A program made the position numbers and the translations under genes. A stretch of DNA of 57,267 nt from Catajapyx aquilonaris (Eukaryota). The notes under the pieces are model-generated. The model saw nothing but the letters and a program-made list of their open reading frames with translations, did not search any database and was not told where the DNA came from. Every line of letters starts with the position of its first letter. Position 1 is the stretch's first letter. Below are positions 13,018 through 25,522 of this stretch, piece by piece. The stretch spans positions 1 to 57,267 of the forward strand of contig JYFJ02002434.1 in assembly GCA_000934665.2 (NCBI GenBank), written 5' to 3'.

Positions 13018-14474
13018 CAAGGGTGTCCCACAAATTACGCTACCCAGAATTACTTCCATAACATCAACACAAATGAAGATATTGCAACGAATTTGAACTG
13101 AACTAACCTTGTCATGTGTGATTTGAAATGGCATCACATGTGTTGGAAATGGCCACCATTAGCGGCCAGCCAGGTCTCAACACGGCGCGACATATTTGGA
13201 ATGTTCTGGCCAGCATGTCCTGCGGTACTGCCTGAATTTCCTGGACGATGTTGTCCTTCAAGGCCTGGATGGACCGTGGATTGTTGCGGTACACTCTTTC
13301 AGAAAGCCCCATAAGAACTAAGAAGTAATCAGGTGGCGTAAGATCGGGTGACCGCGGTAGCCACAGTCCCTTCGAAATGACTCGGTCGCCGAAGAAGGAC
13401 TTTATTTCGGCCATGCTGACATGTGATGTGTGGCATGTCGCCACATCCTGTTGAAAATATCCAGTCGAAAGTTCCACATCGTCCAATTGGTTCACAAAGG
13501 TCTGAAAATTTCCATGTACGCAGCTGTTGTGATGGTGGTGTCGAAGAAGATCTGGTACCCATTATGCGGCGCTGGGACATCGCACACCAAACACCAACCT
13601 TCTGTGAATGAAGGGGCTCTTCGTGTGTGGCATGGGGATTTTCAGTTGCCCAAATGCGAGAGTTTTGTGAATTGATGTATCCAGACAGGTGAAACCACGC
13701 TTCGTCCGAGAACCAAGTGTAGTCGAGTATTCCAGGATTATCCGCAACAAATGCCTGAAACCACAGACAATATGCCACTCTTTTTTCTTTGTCGGGCTCT
13801 TGCAATTTGTGGACCACGGTGATGCGGTATGCGTGAAGTTTTAATTTCTTCGCTGCTCTTTGGCAGGTGTTTTCGACAAGCCGGATTCCTGTGCCAGTCG
13901 CCGCAGAGACTTTTTGGGAGACTGCAGTAATCGCTCCTTCACATTCTGGACGGTTTCCTCTGACATTTCGGGACGCCCTCCTGGACGCTTGTCCAACAAT
14001 GTCCCAGTGGTTTCCAGTTTCTTGACCAAGCGCAGAATGCGGGTCTTGGCAGGTGGCTTTCGTCCTCCAAACCTTTTCAGGAATTCTCGTTGACACGCCT
14101 TGGGCGATTCTGTTTTCCAGTACGTACGAACGATGAACACTCTCTCCTCTAAAGTATACCGGTACATTTTCCACCTTTCCTGTTCACAAATCACAACAAC
14201 AACAACTGTACCGTGTCGACACACTCAGCCAAATGACAGGTTTGGGCCAATCTTGGATCAGGAAGCAAGGACATCCGCCGCGCGCCACTGCTCAGGTGTC
14301 GTCTGGCCGATTCTTCGCTCCAGTGTCAGTATTACAGCACCCACATTTCACTGACTGATTCCAATTCCTTTCTCACGTGTTGAGGTTGCTTGAGTTTAAA
14401 TTCCGTTGCAATATCTTCATTTGTGTTACAGTTATTAATGTAATTCTGGGTAGCGTAATTTGTGGGACACCCTG
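13018..14474 (-). mobile_element. Full-length Tc1/mariner-superfamily transposon (rosa/DD41D-like)
   Basis: TIRs CA(A)GGGTGTCCCACAAATTACGCTACCCAGAATTAC with imperfect extension to ~90 bp; TA at 13016-17 and 14475-76; removing it restores the LINE reading VTPIY|KGGEK. Confidence 0.95.
13134..14167 (-). pseudogene. Frameshifted DDD transposase
   Basis: ATG at 14167 (MYRYTLEERVFIV.. HTH region), then WFSDEAWFHLSGYINSQNSRIW, KVGVWCA, FQQD..WLPRSPDLTPPD, ending NGGHFQHM* (TGA 13134-36); spread over at least three frames. Confidence 0.93.
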
Positions 14475-15440
14475 TATATTGGGGTAACCTTAACGTTAAC
14501 CCATGACGCGGGGATACTAGCCTGTAGTAGCATCTTATTGTATAAATTGAGCCAATTTCGATGTAAGCTTTCTGAATTCAATTTGTAAATCACGTTTGGT
14601 GTGTTATTAAAACCTGGGGTCGATTTGGCTGTCAGACCGTTAATAACAGATTTCAATTCTACATAGGATAATTTCTTGCCTAATAAGGCGTCCGTTATCA
14701 TACTTGGCTGGTTGCCAATATCAACCGTTGTTACATTCAGAGTGGAATAATTCTCAGGGCCTTGGCCCACTATTCAACTTTGTCCCGAGAAATCAGTAAA
14801 CCCGCACAAGGTGCAATGTTGCTTGTTGTAATTCTGTCTTCTAGTGCAGCTGAGACACTGTGATGCTGGTTCTGAAAAGTAGGAGCAAAATAATGTACGA
14901 TAGATCCGGACACGAACTCTTCACATACCCACCTTTCATAAATGGAAAGTGTTTTTTCGCGGATTGGGAGATTTGAACTCGAAATTCTCACAACCCCTGC
15001 ACATGGAAAGCACGACATGGTCGTCAACACGCAACTTTAATGGCTTTTCCAGGTAGCGCAACTCAGGCAGCCCCTCGTATGATCGATGACTCTTGTTTGC
15101 TTTCATAATGCTTCTGGCTGGATGCTATTCCATGGATCGGGTAGTCAAGAAGTTCTCAAATTGTGCTGCCTTTCGATGACTTCTGTTAGCTTATCTCGTC
15201 GCCGAAACTACAGTAGCCCTATGCCACCGGGATAGTAGCATAAAATTAAACTGGAGATTTCCATCCTTGGTTGTGGAGATAAATGGATATATCCTAAAAG
15301 CACGATGCCTTTAGACGCGTGTGTATAGCATGCTGCTGCAATACAATGCGTTTTAGAGAAGGAACCAGGAAATTTTTTCAAACCTCAGCTTAGGTGTAGA
15401 TTCCCTGACAAGTTCCACTACCTCCTCCATTATAATTCCA

Positions 15441-15800
15441 CTAGCAGGTTACCCGGCGTTTCCCGGGTGCGTTGTGGTGGTAAAAGTAGGGATATTGTAT
15501 ACATATTAAGAAGTGTGTTTGTTTGTAAAATTTGCGTTCCATACACTCGATATGCCTCAAAACTGGTCTTAGGGGCCATTGTGTAGTAATTGAAAACAAT
15601 AAGACAAAGTTTGTCTTTACCTGCGATAGATTACCTCTGTAGCAAGTAACCCGGCGTTGCCTGGGAGTGTTATGGTGTGGTATGGTCGTACTGTACAGAT
15701 GGGGGTATGCAAGAATGAAACACATTTCATATACTCAATATATACATAACTGTATACTTGATATGCTTTAAACTGGTCCTATGGGTCATTGTACCAGTAT
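15441..15800 (-). mobile_element. Two tandem ~200-bp non-autonomous Helitron-like units
   Basis: Minus strand ACCCGGGAAACGCCGGGT hairpin, then AACCTG-CTAG|T at 15441; second degenerate end at 15639; internal GATATGC..AAACTGGTC..CATTGT repeated; same terminus at 48821-48848. Confidence 0.7.
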
Positions 15801-16268
15801 AGTGGACTCCTGGCAGAAGCGATGGATGGCACTGGGGGGCCCTTGGCCGAGGAGCTTCTTGCCAACAGTTTGCAACAAAGTGCACGTACATAGACACATA
15901 GCGCGCTTCTTGATTTGACATGGGTCTTACCTAGCGCATCTAGCCCGGGCTATACTAAGGGAGAGCCTGTCCGTGCGGACAAGGCCTGCAAGATCCGGAG
16001 CATCTGCTTACGGATTGCACGTTGCGGGAGGTTACAAGTGCCCGTAACCATCGATATCCTTGGGGAGGGCTGGCCCCCCTTCCGGGAGTCGTTCATACGG
16101 AAGAACATGGTGGCTTTTAACCAGTTCTGCCTGAACACGAATCATTTTCTCTCTGAAGAAAACGCGAATTAGGGTGTTATGCTGAAACATGCGGCATTAA
16201 ATTCGTAAAATGTAACTCCCGGTATGCTATTTTTAGGCCGTGTATGGGGGCATTCCCCTGTATTTCTA

Positions 16269-16836
16269 CAGGGTGGTCGGTAAATGGCGGACAAGCTTCA
16301 GGTAGCGAGATTCCTTGTGAAAAACCAGTATATGGAAGTGAAGGTCATATTGCTCTACGAGGCCTGGTTATGGCTCACGAGGCCTCCAAAGTTTGGGCCA
16401 AATCATGACGTCACATCCGCCCGCGAAATTCAAACACTCCCGTATCGCTACAGTACACGGTGTGTTGCTAGGCGTTGCCATGTTGACATCCCCCACATTT
16501 TCACCAAACAATGGAACCGTATAAACTGGCTGGGACGTTGCCAGGCATTGCCGTACCGTCCGTCGTCGCCGAGTTCCTGGCAACGTCCCGGCGAGTTTAT
16601 ACGGTTCCATTGTTTGGTGAACATATGGTAGATGTCAACATGGCAACGCCTAGCAACACGCCGCGTACTGTAGCGATACGGTAGCGTTTGGATTTCGCGG
16701 GCATGATTTGGCACAAACTTTGGAGACCTCGTGAGCCATAACCAGGCCTCGTAGAGCAATATAACCTTCACTTCCATATACTGATTTTTCACAGGGAATC
16801 TCGCTACCTGAAGCTTGTCCGCCATTTACCGACCAC
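16269..16836. mobile_element. Almost fully palindromic Tc1/mariner-type MITE (~280-bp arms); right tip probably displaced to 17444-17452
   Basis: TA-CAGGGTGGTCGGTAAATGGCGGACAAGCTTCAGG.. inverted to 16836; missing CCTG-TA found as ACCACCCTG-TA at 17444-17454. Confidence 0.9.
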
Positions 16837-18424
16837 GAGTTTGTTTGTGTGTTTCTTTGTTCGCTATACAGCGAACAAAGAAACACACAAACAAACTCAC
16901 AAAATCGGAGCGAAAGGTAAAATAAGAACGTGAGGGATTGTTATTGAATAAACCATTGAGCAAGACATTGCGATTTGTTTTTAACAATATATTAGTTTCC
17001 TCGTGATCGAGAGTTTGTGTCGAGTGCTACATGATGTATTGTTATTTCAACTGCAGTATACATCCCTCTCCTTAAGCCTGCACGCACCATTCTCCGTTGC
17101 AGCTAACTCAACTCCACTTGGCTGTAACGTCTCCCGCCTGCCATTTCTATTCTCCAGGGCCACTCACTCCTATTACGATGTTCTGTGTCCGTCTCCGTCT
17201 CCGTCTCCGTCTCCGAAGGGTTCAGGCATGTTCAGACTAACCGCGCTAAGTGGTGAAGCGAGCGCGGACGTTTCGTCCGCTCCCAAATTTCGAATTGACC
17301 AATCAAAGCCCATTAGAGTTAGCTACGTAAGATACACTCATTTAGGTAAGGATCAACTATTCCACTCCTGACCTGGAGCACGCTATGGTCGAATATGTTT
17401 TAAACACCGGTGAATCCTGCTTCCAAACACACCTGGGCAGTTTACCACCCTGTAAAACTTTGAAACGGATTCTTCCTGTACTCATAGGAATGTTAGCGTA
17501 TTTCGTGGAGCAGGAGTTGGGCTAGAATAGAAATAGCTATTTATATAGCCTCTTTAGACACTACAGTGCAGGGTTTGGAAAGCAATCTAAAGCCAAGGAA
17601 ACAAAAGACTATCTGGCATGGTAGTGAGTAAATTGACAGCGCCACTTGTGGTGTTTCAGCTATCCCGAGGCAACATAAGCGCCTAATTGTCGTGGCAAAT
17701 GAATGTTTGATGAGACCATTCCTTGCATTGGAGGCGCCTGCCAGAGACGGCAAGTAATTTGGCGTAATAAGGGAGAGGGAAACGGCATCTGAGAGGGGAG
17801 TTGGGGAGGGGGGACGGGGAGGGCAGGGCATTGCAGGGCATTGCAGGTGTATGGGCTGCCAGACATTGCTTACAGGAGCTTGCTTTTATTTTGTATATCT
17901 TCTCACGCATCAGAAAAGTTTTTTCTATCTTTGTACTTACTGTACCACATGTGATGCATTCGTTCTGAAAGTCGTATAACTGTGTGATTGCTACCCGAGC
18001 TGCTACCCTCACTCCTCTCTCTAACCGATTCCGGCAACTGAATCTTGAAGGAAGATGGTGCACAATGCCAACCTCCTGGAAATCTTGTCTCTCCTTTTTA
18101 TTATTAAATGCCACTTGCAAAAGTAGACGTTTCAGAACGACACCCACTAAAGGTGCTCAGGCGTACTGCGTGGATACTGCAGGCAAAAAGTTCTGAATAT
18201 CTTGTAACACCTTTGTAATCACTTGTAACGATATGGGTAGGAATAGATAATGTGTGTAGAAGTGATTTTCATATTATTTCATAAGCGCTACCTTAGCCTT
18301 ATGTCACTGTCCCAACGTGCCTCATGCCTTGTGCCATCGTGCCCCGGGCAAGGGGCACGATGGCACACGTGCAGAGGCTTTTTAAATAATTTCTAGCGGA
18401 TAGCATAATGTGTGTGGGTGGGTG

Positions 18425-18775
18425 TACAGGTCTTGCATTAGCTCAGGGGACGGAAGTTTGTGTGTTTTTGTGATTTTACTATAGCTGTGGGGACGTGTGT
18501 CCCCACAATTTAATTGTGGGGACATTTTCAGGTCCCCACTATAAAAACGCGCTGTGTACTATTACAGTGGGGACGTGAAAAAAATAGTGGGGACATGTCC
18601 CCACTATTTTCATTCGTAGGGTTTCACAAAAGTCCATTTTTCTCAGCCTAGGTGAGTGAGGGTAGGGTAGTTTAGGTAGGGTAGGGTAGGGTAGGTTAGG
18701 TTAGGTTAGTTTAGTTTACACTAGCTTCGAAAAGTGGAATTTTCACGTCCCCACAGCTAATTCAGAACAGAACTG
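18425..18775. mobile_element. Non-autonomous DNA element with GTGGGGAC subterminal repeats and a (TTAGG/GTAGG)n patch, in TG-rich context (CACTA/EnSpm-like by architecture)
   Basis: Multiple GTGGGGAC/GTCCCCAC in both orientations; AAAAGTCCATTTTTCTC.GCCTA and GTTTACACTAGCTT.GAAAAGT shared with 27458-27765. Confidence 0.65.
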
Positions 18776-20821
18776 TGTGTGTCTCGTTTTGGCAGTAAAA
18801 TAAAGGTCATGAAAAGGTTTGACCCTGACCTTGCAGACTATTACATATTGTGATAGCTCATCAGAATAAAGAGAAACGTGAAAAGCTGATTCATGAAATC
18901 CGGAGCGATATTCTGATGAGAGTATATATACGTTCAATTTATTGCGCGGACAAAATCTTAGAATCTTAGAATAAACCTGTATCTCATGTACCATGAATAC
19001 CGGTACTTTTGCATGACCATCAATCACAAAAATGCAGGCTATTGAAAGGGGTTCCAGATCTCTGCGAACCTTTTCAGAATGTCTCTCTGAAAGCTCTTCA
19101 CATTCCACTGAAACATGATGAGTGTAACGTTCTCTTCAAACACGAACCCTTCCTAACTTGCGACAGCGTCAGCTTCCATTTGACAATATCCATCCATTTG
19201 ACAATCCATTGACTCCATTTGACAATATTACACCAAGCCCCCAGTCTCTGACGTGTATAATGGGGAATTTTGTGGGATATTGGCAGAGGTTTACCCTCTC
19301 AGCACGTAACACCATTAGACTTTGCTCGGGAGTAGCCACTTATTAGAAAGAAAAATATTATTGGAGGCAACGTCTCCGATGCTTTCTTAAGAGTGAAAAA
19401 TATTATTATAACAACCTATTGTAAATAAATATTGTCTTATTGAACGTCATAAAATTTCTGTCTCCTATAGTCTACACATTACAGAAAAATACCTTTACAA
19501 ATCAGCTCCTAACAAATAATATTGGCTCCTGAATATTTGCTGCAGTTATACACTAAAAAGCAAGCACATGAGACACGGTCACGAATGCATAGACACGACT
19601 CCGACTCACTATTCTCACTACAGCACGACTGGCCTCGAGAGTAGCAGAACTTATACACAGTTTTGAAAATTGCATTCCCTTTGTCACTTGCATTGTCTCG
19701 CGTTATCAGTGGCAGATCATGTCTGAAATTCGCCAAAAAGGTTTTCTGCTTTGTCAGTTGTTAGTAATCCAGTGGTTGACTTTTCTGACTTGCACAACCG
19801 CAACTACCTCAGATTGTTATTCTTTATGAGATAAATCCTTTCTGCTTTGCCAAGTTAAATCGTTAATACAGTCCCGGTGTATGCAATATGACTTCTTCAG
19901 TCTAAGAATATTATTCAAAGCACTTGATGTTTCACTCATGGTTATACAGGGGCCCTATAAACCCTGTTTGGTGAAAATGCGAATGTGACGCTTGCCCTAC
20001 CTCTTGATGTAAATTGAGATCAAACCATCGTGAGAAAATCACAGATATAATTAACATACTCCCACCCGCCTTTGCAATAAATAAATACAACCTGGAACTA
20101 GAAAATTTCAGTGACTGATTTTTTCTCAGGGGATGTTGTATAAACGAATGTTACGCACACTGCTAAGAGTGCTGCTGAGTTTGTTTCCATTTGTATTTTT
20201 ATTGTTTGAGTGGAGCTTGCATGAAATTTCCTACGAATCTCCCTAAGATTAGTGATATGGGAAATCATGACATCTTCTCTCCGCCTGAAAATGAGTCCAA
20301 AACGAATATAAAGCGAAGAGTACCTCTGAATAGAAATAGTGGATAGAGCAACACCGTTAATTTCATACTGCCTATCAGGCTCTCTGCACCAAGCCCCCTG
20401 ATGTTCGTCACAGGTAGAGGTAGTAGATTACCCGATGATATTGTCGATGACCAGAGGTGGAGTGTCAGAGCGAATGGTTCGCTTCATCTCTTCTTTTAAC
20501 GCGCCTCCTTTAATGTGTCACATTCAGACAGACAGTCGGTCGGTCGGGCCTAGATGGAGTACTCTCCAAGCCGCATGTTTCAAGCCTGCCACAAAAGGGT
20601 CAACAGCTGGTTTTCTGCTGCTGCTGCCATTCTAAGCCATAGCTGTTCAATTAATTGCTCATGTAGCTTCTGTGACACCTCCAGAGAGTTTGACGATTCA
20701 AAACCGGTGCATATCATTTGGCTGCCCAGCATATTTATATGACTACGGGCTGAAAGTATAGCCTCTGCTGGTACAGTACCGTGCAGTGCCTTCACTCTGC
20801 TTCCTCGCTCGATATGCATAA

Positions 20822-21155
20822 TTTTTTTTTTTGCATTACCCCATATCTATTTTTATATATGGGGGGGTGGATTACCACCATCGGGATTTTTTTTTGGAGC
20901 GAGTTAAGAATACGGTAATCTTATTAGTATACTCCAAGGTAGTTAGGAGGGGATGTGCAAAGTGCGTGCGTGTGCGAGTAGTGGTCATTTTGTGAACTCC
21001 CCCGGGTGGCTTAGTCTATCAGAAATTGCCACCCGAAACGAAGCCAGAGATGGTCCAACTCTGCACGAAAGAAGGTGGGAACCCCGGGTGGGGATTGAAC
21101 CCGGGACCTTAACTTCCGTGGGCGCGCGCGTTACCGCGGCGCCACTCCGTCTCCC
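20822..21155 (-). mobile_element. SINE type B, poly(A)-tailed subfamily
   Basis: Head GGGAGACGGAGTGGCGCCGCGG..GGTTCAATCCC; poly(T) on plus at 20822; exact 12-bp TSD GCTCGATATGCA at 20807-20818 and 21157-21168. Confidence 0.92.
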
Positions 21156-23061
21156 TGCTCGATATGCAAATAGAGCGGCCACAAATTACACTCAGTCAGA
21201 GAACAGTTGCATTGTCGCTACGTTTGTTCACGACTGGATATACTGTAATACCAGTCCCTTAGATATCTTCCAGCGTGAGCGGCGCAAGTGATGGCAATCT
21301 TCACTCACGCCGCGCCGTCCACGTAGGAAAATTTCTAAGGGACTGCTGCTATTATGTCCGGTCTTGTTCAACCCAATACAAATACCCAAATACCCGATAC
21401 AAAGGTTTCTTGCGAGATATTACAGAATAATTCTGGATGGTGGCCAACATTGGGCATTCAAAAGAAACCTAGCGGCATGTTCAGGTTCGGGGTGTTTTTC
21501 GTGCGCGGCAATGCCCGCCAGCACTGGAACCATGGCGCAACAATATTCAAGTGAGGATTGTTCCATCACCCTCCTTAGAACTTGGATTTACAGGTTAGCG
21601 ATTGCCACCAGTCCATGAGCATGAAAAAATGGCATGCAAAGCAGAGGCTCGACGATAACGAACATTTCCAGTTCAGCTTTTAGAGGCCGCGGAAATGGCT
21701 GGCTGCAAACTTCTATTACATAAGGCATATAGGCGGCCCGCTCTTACTTCAACCTTACGTCATTATTTTGTAACTATAACGTGCCTCCATTTGGCTGGAA
21801 ACTATTTTAAAAAAAGTAGACAGTCAAGCTTTCAGAGGTGTGTAATACAATTTCTGGGGATTCATTGCTGTTTTCTAATATACGTGTACGTATAAAAACG
21901 GAAGTTACTATCAGTCCGAATGCCCCTCATATTACTTAACTGCATAATAGGTCAAGGCACTCTTAGGTTTTAGTAGGAGAAGAAATTCGGATAAAGCTGT
22001 GGATGGTCCTGCCTTTTGGGATACCCTGCTGTAATGCGCGCGCGGTACATACAGTACTGGCTTTTGTTCCTTATACCTCGAGTCAAAAGGATTTTACTAG
22101 AGGGAACTGAAACGGAAGGATCCCAAAAATACTCACGCAAAACTCCTTACCGCACAATCTGATGATCGAACTCAGCACCTCAGAGGATAAAAGCTTGGCC
22201 GAAACTACTGCACCATCGTGCAGCCCCTTTCTACCTAGAATATTAGCACCTGAAAGTAACTGTTTAAAGCAACTACACTGTACTCCCGATTATCAGGGCT
22301 AATGAATGCACTGGTGTTGCCGGATATAATGGTTCTAGACACCGTAAAAGTCAGCTGTTCAGAGGTTTTTAGTGAACTACTACACAGTCATACTGTACGC
22401 TTAGCTGCTTTAATAAGGCTTAATCTAAATAATGCAACTTTCCACAGATTTTAAAAAGTTTTCTTCTGAATAAAGTATGCTGTGTTTCTTTGCAAGAAGT
22501 ATATTGTATGTATTGACATTATTAAGGACTTTCATTTATTTTCCTTTGATTTGGCGATGCACGGATAATCGGAATAATCAGGATACTTAATATGAGAAAA
22601 CTGAGTGGCAAAAAAATCAATAATTGAAAGGGACAGTGAGTTGGAGCACCATGTGTAAAATTGGATCGTGTTACGGTAGATCAACTTGTCGTAAAATCTC
22701 CTCGAGTATCTCAAAGAAAAAAGGCCTTATCTGTAAAAGGAAAGGTCGCGTACAGGCCCACTCGCACCCATCCCCACCTGACCAGTACTCCGGCAGTATT
22801 CCAATGTTTTTTTGTTACTTATAATATGCTGTACAGTGTACTTAAAAATCCTCTGCCAGTCTACACAATTATGCAAAAGGGAGTGAAGCGTGAAATAATG
22901 ATAACAACTTAGGGTACGACAGGGCTGATGAAGTTATAGTGAAGTATGTGGCATGTGTTGGGATTGCCAGAAAGGGCTGACTTGCTCTCTGGTTCCTGTT
23001 CGTAACAAACAGAGTGTGAAAATGTCAGACATGCGCCGTTAGCTCATCAAGAGATCATATA

Positions 23062-23622
23062 CAGGGTGTTCCCTGTAACTCTGTCAAGACTTTCAGGGGT
23101 AATGAGGGGACCAATACAAGTATTTTTGACATAGGAACCTGTGTCCGGAATCGCCATCTAGAGGGGGTTCATAGACAAGGAACTGGTGCGCTCAGACGCG
23201 TCAAGCGAGAGGAGCTAGGCGAGCGAACTGTTTTGTTGATAGATTGCGCTCGGATAGTAAACACTGATGTGATGTGCCATAACCTGGCAACAGCAGAGCC
23301 ATCTAGCAACTTAAGTGCGCCTCCTAGGAGACGCGCAGAGAGTAAACAATGGTTCTGTTGTTTCCAGCTGTTATGGCGTATCCCGTTGTTGTTTACGTAC
23401 ACCGACGCGATACGCCATAACCTGGCAACAACTGCGCGCCATATTTAAAAAACAGTCCGCTCGCCTAGCGCCTCCTTCCTGACGCGTCTGAGCGCACCCG
23501 TTCCATGTCTATGGACCGCCTCTAGATGGCGTTTCCGGACACGGGTTCCTATGTCAAAAATACTTGTCTTGGTGCCCTCTATTACCCCTGAAAGTCCTTA
23601 CAGAGTTACAGGAAACACCCTG
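23062..23622. mobile_element. Fold-back Tc1/mariner-type MITE (family also at 47084 and 56319)
   Basis: TA-CAGGGTGTTCCCTGTAACTCTG ... CAGAGTTACAGGAAACACCCTG-TA, ~170-bp arms. Confidence 0.92.
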
Positions 23623-24812
23623 TATAATAAAAAAGGTGACAAATGATTTGGAAGGTGAGAAACGGGAGGGGAATTTCTCTGCTTATATTTTATACCACTC
23701 AAGGTCGTTTATTGTCTTGGTCGCAAGGGCCACATAGTACGTAGGAGTAACTGCTTAAGTACAGTATACGGCCTCTTACAATGTCTAAACGCCAGGCGCG
23801 CCTTTAGATTCACTTTTTTCTAACATGCATAATATATTTTTCTTTATAATCGACTGCAGTGCAGTTTGTATCACATAAGATGGCCAAAACTGGTTTGTCA
23901 GGAATTATGCTCAAATTCCGTAACAAAACAGGTCCTTTTATTGGGTGTAAACCGGCCTTTTCATCTGACCCGACTCTCAAAGAATGTCTTCAGATCAAGG
24001 GAGCCTAGTGTGAGATCGTCCGCTGTCTTGTCTGGCAGGTGGAAAACGGGGAAACAAAATGCCCGAAAGTACTTATTAGTCGTATCTGTCCAAGTGTCCA
24101 TTTATGTTGTCTTGGTCCGATTTCATCAGTCACTATACTGGTGGCAAAAAACTGAGATATACAAAGGTAGTGGGAAACATCAAATTGGGAGTGATCAATG
24201 GTCCTCAATGAAAAGGCTTTTATTATTTTGCATGGCAACGACTAATATCATGCGTGGATGAAAATGTGGAATGCCTTCCTTCCTGGATGTGCCTGAGTAA
24301 GTGCCAAGAACATGAAATTGTAACCAAGCGCGGGCGACAGGTCATAGTGGATCTCCATTATCTAACTTCATTGTCCTCTCTTACGTGATAGGCTACTAGC
24401 TTCTAAGTTGCTATCGGGTGACGAGACTTTTGGTCCGTTCAATAGACAATCATCTTTGATTTATTTTTATACAACACTATCATTTAAAGGACTGTACTTG
24501 ATATAGGCATATATGTTAGCGAGATTTAACTGGATGTCAAGGCCCAGCTGTCTACAATAAATGACCCAATAGAACAAGGGCCCATGTCCATGGTGAAAAA
24601 GAGTGGGGGTGGAGGAATTCATTTTTAATTCCTAAACTATTGGAGGTATAGAAATAGGCCTTAAAGGGCCACACCAACACATGTTAATTTTGGCACATCG
24701 ATGCGGTGCGCAGGTCAGCTGTTATTCCAAATTTTTAACCTTCGACTTGGACCCTCAATGTTCTATTGGGAGAAACAAAAAGGCAGTCAGTAATATTATG
24801 TCAGATGAGTGA

Positions 24813-25087
24813 AACCGAAGCAGGTTGGCATAGTGGATAAGGCGTCCGACTGCTAATCGGGAGGTCCTGGGTTCGAATCCCGGGGCCGGAAACTCTGACC
24901 GTGGTTTTCTGTGGTTTCCCACGGTCCTTCCAGGAAAATTCTGGAGTTGCTTCCGTAATTAATAGGCCACAGCCGCTTCCTTCCGTCCCTATTCTATCCC
25001 AAAGAGCACAGTAAAATGAAAAAGCAATGAGTTCCAGGCAAAACAAACTTCCCCCCTAAAGAGCCGATGGCTGATAACGGGGTATGA

Positions 25088-25159
<72 letters not shown>
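24813..25159 (+). mobile_element. SINE type A with (ATT)n tail
   Basis: A box TGGCATAGTGG, B box GGTTCGAATCC; 18-bp TSD ATTATGTCAG(A/G)TGAGTGA at 24795-24812 and 25160-25177. Confidence 0.92.
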
Positions 25160-25164
<5 letters not shown>

Positions 25165-25360
25165 GTCAGGTGAGTGATATATTAGATAATAATGTTTATG
25201 GTGGACAATATATTGATATTTTTCTGTTTTATTTTTGTTTGGTCGCATGAGTCATTTCCTAGCTGAGGTGCAAGGAGAGGTAAAGTGGGAAAGAGTCTTC
25301 CTAGCTCACGAGTCCCATAGTATGGGCCTATGCTGTCTTGGGCATCAAGGTCGTAGGGTA

Positions 25361-25522
25361 CAGTGCTGGCCATATATCTAGGCAACCGCCAGCGACATTT
25401 TTCCGAAGCGGCAGATGAAGGAATCGAAGATAAACATGCTACAAGCCGGGCGAGCCAGATTCATTCTTCTGCCGATTCGGAAAAGTGTCGCTGGCGGTTG
25501 CCTCGATGTATGGCCAGCACTG
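25361..25522. mobile_element. 162-bp fold-back MITE (CAGTG family)
   Basis: TA-CAGTGCTGGCCATA ... TATGGCCAGCACTG-TA. Confidence 0.9.

Larger units (their letters stand above)
11141..14800 (-). mobile_element. Decayed non-LTR retrotransposon ORF2 (reverse transcriptase and C-terminal Zn-knuckle), L2/Crack-like, interrupted by a mariner; may extend to ~15440
   Basis: RT motifs NFRPISLL, QAGFRPDRSCTDH, FIDVAKAFDSV, GILQGDPLSPLLFN, FADD, YKYLGV (ORF 12067-13137); upstream KSTPG..IPASW..KVTPIY (14435-14770); C-terminal CSLCN..YHLFYSC (11287-11601); frameshifts between pieces. Confidence 0.93.

Noticed and set aside
12067..13137. Intact 356-aa gene
   Set aside because: The N-terminus is read through the mariner TIR; the RT is interrupted and frameshifted.
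17683..18147. Transposase or host exon (YDFQNECITCG)
   Set aside because: Only a short CxxC-like motif, bounded by stops; needs an HMM search to support.
18660..18716. Telomere remnant
   Set aside because: Short, degenerate and internal to a repeat that recurs at 27458.
24818..24890. tRNA-Ser(GCT) gene (also 3003, 32020 and minus copies)
   Set aside because: The loop CT-GCT-AA and A/B boxes are present, but there is no long variable arm, the acceptor stem is poor, and it continues into a SINE body with TSDs.
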